Origin: Chiloscyllium plagiosum
Taxonomy: Eukaryota
Direction: 5' to 3'
DNA length: 36,121 bases
NCBI RefSeq assembly: GCF_004010195.1
Contig: NC_057719.1
Span: 53,917,199 to 53,953,319 of the forward strand
Shown here: piece after piece, positions 32,841-36,121 of the stretch
Numbering within the stretch: the stretch's first letter is position 1
How the letters are laid out: each line of letters begins with the position of its first letter
Translations under genes and position numbers: made by a program
The notes under the pieces: model-generated
Told to the model about the DNA's origin: nothing
What the model saw: the letters and a program-made list of their open reading frames with translations, nothing else
The model's database searches: none

Positions 32841-33594
32841 ATGACAAATAGTGAAACTGAAATGCTTTTTTTTAAATGCAATAATACAGACTTCCCAAAT
32901 ACCAGCTTCCTGCATTGACAACATTGTCTTTGTTGTTACGTCACATTGATATCAATGATAAATGTCTCTGTACATCACTGTCATGTTACTGTATGATCAC
33001 ACCAGTCTCAAGATCTGCTCCATCTAAGGAGTCTGAAGTCTCTAATTTTGTGAATGCCCCTCCATTGGCCTGCCTCACATTTTGCATAAGTTTATCCTTT
33101 AATGTGTTTTAATTGTTAATAGATACAGATTTTATATTGATTAGTGTTACCCATTATGCACTAAATAGATAATACCATTCTTTTTATCTAATTATTCTAA
33201 CCAACTTTGTATTTGCATTTCATGTATGTTTTAATTAAATTGAATTTTTGAGGATTAAAATATAAAACAAGATATAATTGCAATGGAATGTACTTGCCTG
33301 ATTACTGCATAATCTCTAATCCACTGTGAAACTGATGGACTGTGGTAAAGCATTTCCATAGTGACTCTCTGTTTATGGCAATTTTGAAAATGGATACTGG
33401 TCATCCATTACCATTCTCTATGAAGTGGTTATATTGTCGAGTTATATTTAAATTTTCAAGTCCTACAATGGTGTTAATGGGATCTACAACATGGCAGTAC
33501 TATGAAAAGAATTATATTAGGGTTGTATCTGGCCTCAGGATGGAAACATGTCTGTATTTTCTTCTCATATTCATATACCTATCTGTCTGTGCAG

Positions 33595-35415
33595 GAACAT
33601 ATGGATTAGGAGCAAAAGTAGTCAATTCAATCTCTGCACCATTCAGTAAAATCAAGGCTGCTCTGTTTGTGTTTCAACTTCCACATTTCTATCTACCTTG
33701 GTAATCTTCCATTCCTTTACTTAACAGAAATGTATCTATTTCCTCCTTAAACATTCAGTGAGCCTGCCTCCACAGCTTTCTGGAGCAGACAGTTTCAAAG
33801 TCACACATTCAATGTGGAGAAAACAAATTTTACTAATCTCTGTCCAAAAAAGACAACTTCTTATCTTAGAACTGTTCCCACGAGCTGTGGACTTGCTTAC
33901 AAGATGAGACATCATTTTCACAACCATTTTGTCAAAACCATTCAGGTAGCCATTGAGATTCTTCATTACGTTAAACCACATTCTTTTAAACTCCAGCAAA
34001 GGCATATACAGTCTTTTCAACCTTTTCTCATAAGACAACCAGTTCATTCCAGGACAAAGCTCATTTGAGCCTCCTCCAATGACTTGGAGGTGCCGGTGTT
34101 GGACTGGGTGGATAAAGTTAAAAATCACACAACTCCAGGTTATAGTCAAACAGGTTGGACTATAACCTGGTCTTGTGTGAGTTTTAACCTTCTTTAAATA
34201 AGCAGACTTAAACTGCATGCAGTATTTGAAATGTGGTCTCATGCCTTGTGTAACTGAAGCATAATGATTCTTACATTTAAATTCTATTCCTCTCATAATG
34301 AGGAATGGCATTCTATTATTATTATTAATTACTTGCTATACCTGCATACTAATGATTTGTGACTCATGCACTGGAACAACTAGATCACTTTGCAGCTTGG
34401 AATTCTGTAGTCATCCTCCCTTTAAGTAATACTATTTTTAAAAAGTTCTTCCTGAAAGAGTGAACAACTTCACATTGTCCAACATTCTAATGCCAGATAT
34501 TTTCCCCACTCTCACAACCTATATCAACCTGCAACATCCTTATATCGTCTTTGCAACATACTTTCCTACCTATCTTTGTGTCATCTGCAAATGTAGCTGC
34601 CACACCTTCACTCCCCTCAACTAAATCATTGATACACATTACAAAAAGCTGAAGCCCAGCACAGATCCCTGCAGGATTCTACTTGTCTCATCCTGCCAAT
34701 CAGAAAATGACCCATTTATGCATACTTGCAATATTCACCCAGCCAGCCAGCTAATATTCAAAGCATGCTAATATGTTGCTCCGATACAGTGTGTTTTTAA
34801 TTTATAGATAACCTTTTATGTGTACCTTGTCAAATGCCTTCAAGAAATCCAAATACAGTATATTAACTAATTCCCCTTTATTTACAGTATACATTATTCA
34901 CTGAGAGAATTCCAATAAATTTGTTAAACATGATCTCTCTTTCACAAAACTATACTGACTCTTCCTGATTATCTTGAATATTTTCAAATGTCCAACAATA
35001 ACTCTTAATAACCATCCCCATGATAGATATTCAAACTAACTAGCTGATTGCTTCCTGTTTTATGCCTCCCTCCCTTCTTGAAAGAAATGGTCATTATTGT
35101 CATTTCCCAGTCTGATGGAACTTTTTCAGAATTCAATAAATTTTAGAAAATTAACAGCAATGTATCTAGTACCTCATTAGCCACCTCTTTAAGTTCCTAA
35201 GATTTAGTCTATCAAGACCCAAGGACTTGTCAACTACATCTCATTCTGTTTACTTAGTACCATTTCCCATGCGATTTGAACAATATCAAGTTCCTCTCTT
35301 CTTTCCATCTCCTGATTTATAGCTATTACTGTTTTGAATCTTCTACACTGAGGACTGAAACAAAATAGTTGATCTTTGCATAGGACAATTCTCTTCTATC
35401 TATTAACTTCCCATT
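33595..35415 (-). mobile_element. Degraded CR1 LINE (RT to 3' tail)
   Basis: Minus-strand MRPHFKYCMQF..YLKK, LSYEKRLKRL and FADDTKIG (reverse of 34568-34591). Tail at about 33595. Confidence 0.85.
34082..34188. mobile_element. Short foldback insertion (probable Penelope-like terminal repeat with inverted end) inside the CR1
   Basis: 35-bp arms at 34117-34151 and 34154-34188, 31/35 complementary, with a 2-nt loop. It interrupts the CR1 ORF2 between YLKK and the next block. Confidence 0.55.
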
Positions 35416-35416
35416 A

Positions 35417-36121
35417 TTAACTTTGTGCATTTACTGGAAAGGATAAGGCAGGACCTCCAGCGATGGGGAGACCTTCCAATTTCTTGGCTGGGTAGAATGG
35501 CACTAATTAAAATGAATGTCCTGCCCCGTCTCCTATACCCCATGAGAATGCTTCCGGTGATGCTGCCGAGGCTGGCACTACGTAAATTACATGGCTGGTT
35601 GGGTTCCTTTATCTGGAATCATAGACGGCCCCTCATTAAGCTGAAGAAGCTACAGCTTCCACAGGCAAGGGGAGGATTGGACTTCCCAGATTTTAGGAAA
35701 TATCAGTTAAGTTCCCTATTACGTTACATAGCTGATTGGGTCTTGTCTGATCCGCAATCAATCTGGCTGGACATCGAGGCTTCTCAAGTAAAATTCCCAC
35801 TTATTAACCTTTTATTTTCAGACAAGAGGAAAATCATTACAGATCAATGTAAAAACCCTATAATACTAAATACAATTAAAGCTTGGAATATAATGCGGCA
35901 AAATGAGGGCAAATCACATAAAAGATCCCTCTATGCGCCGATAATGGGAGCATGGGGATTCCAACGGGGTTTACAGGCGCCACTTTTAAACTCTGGAGAT
36001 CCAGGGGTATCTCATGTCTAGAGGACCTATTTAAAGATGGGGTCCTGATGTCTTTTGAACAGCTGCGTCAGAAATTCGGATTACCAAATGGAGACCTCTT
36101 TCGATACTTCCAAATTCGAGA
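35417..36121 (+). mobile_element. L1-clade LINE ORF2 fragment (region C-terminal to RT), 5'-truncated, running off the window
   Basis: RIRQDLQRWGDLPISWLGRMALIKMNVLPRLLY, FIWN, GGLDFPDFRKY. After a frameshift: FKLWRSRGISCLEDLF..SFEQLRQKFGLPNGDLFRYFQIR. Confidence 0.92.

Overview
Eukaryotic, repeat-dense DNA, most likely from a shark or other cartilaginous fish (HE1-type tRNA-derived SINEs, HER1/CR1 LINEs). I found no intact host gene. There is a 500-N assembly gap at 2446-2945. Repeats include a Tx1-clade LINE, several CR1, L2 and L1 LINE fragments, a decayed Gypsy LTR element, two Harbinger-type Myb/SANT remnants, Penelope-like element (PLE) pieces carrying minimal hammerhead ribozyme motifs, and a 28-bp VNTR. 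Main finding: once the younger insertions are removed, the AT-rich DNA from 2946 to 12298 translates on the + strand, through many stops and frameshifts, into a colinear series of Mononegavirales L-polymerase motifs. These cover the RdRp GD[N]Q, the capping GxxT/HR/HxH..CC region, the connector, the K-D-K-E methyltransferase and the C-terminal domain. This suggests an old endogenous paramyxovirus-like L gene. All alignments were done by eye against remembered consensus motifs and need confirmation by tBLASTn or HMM search.
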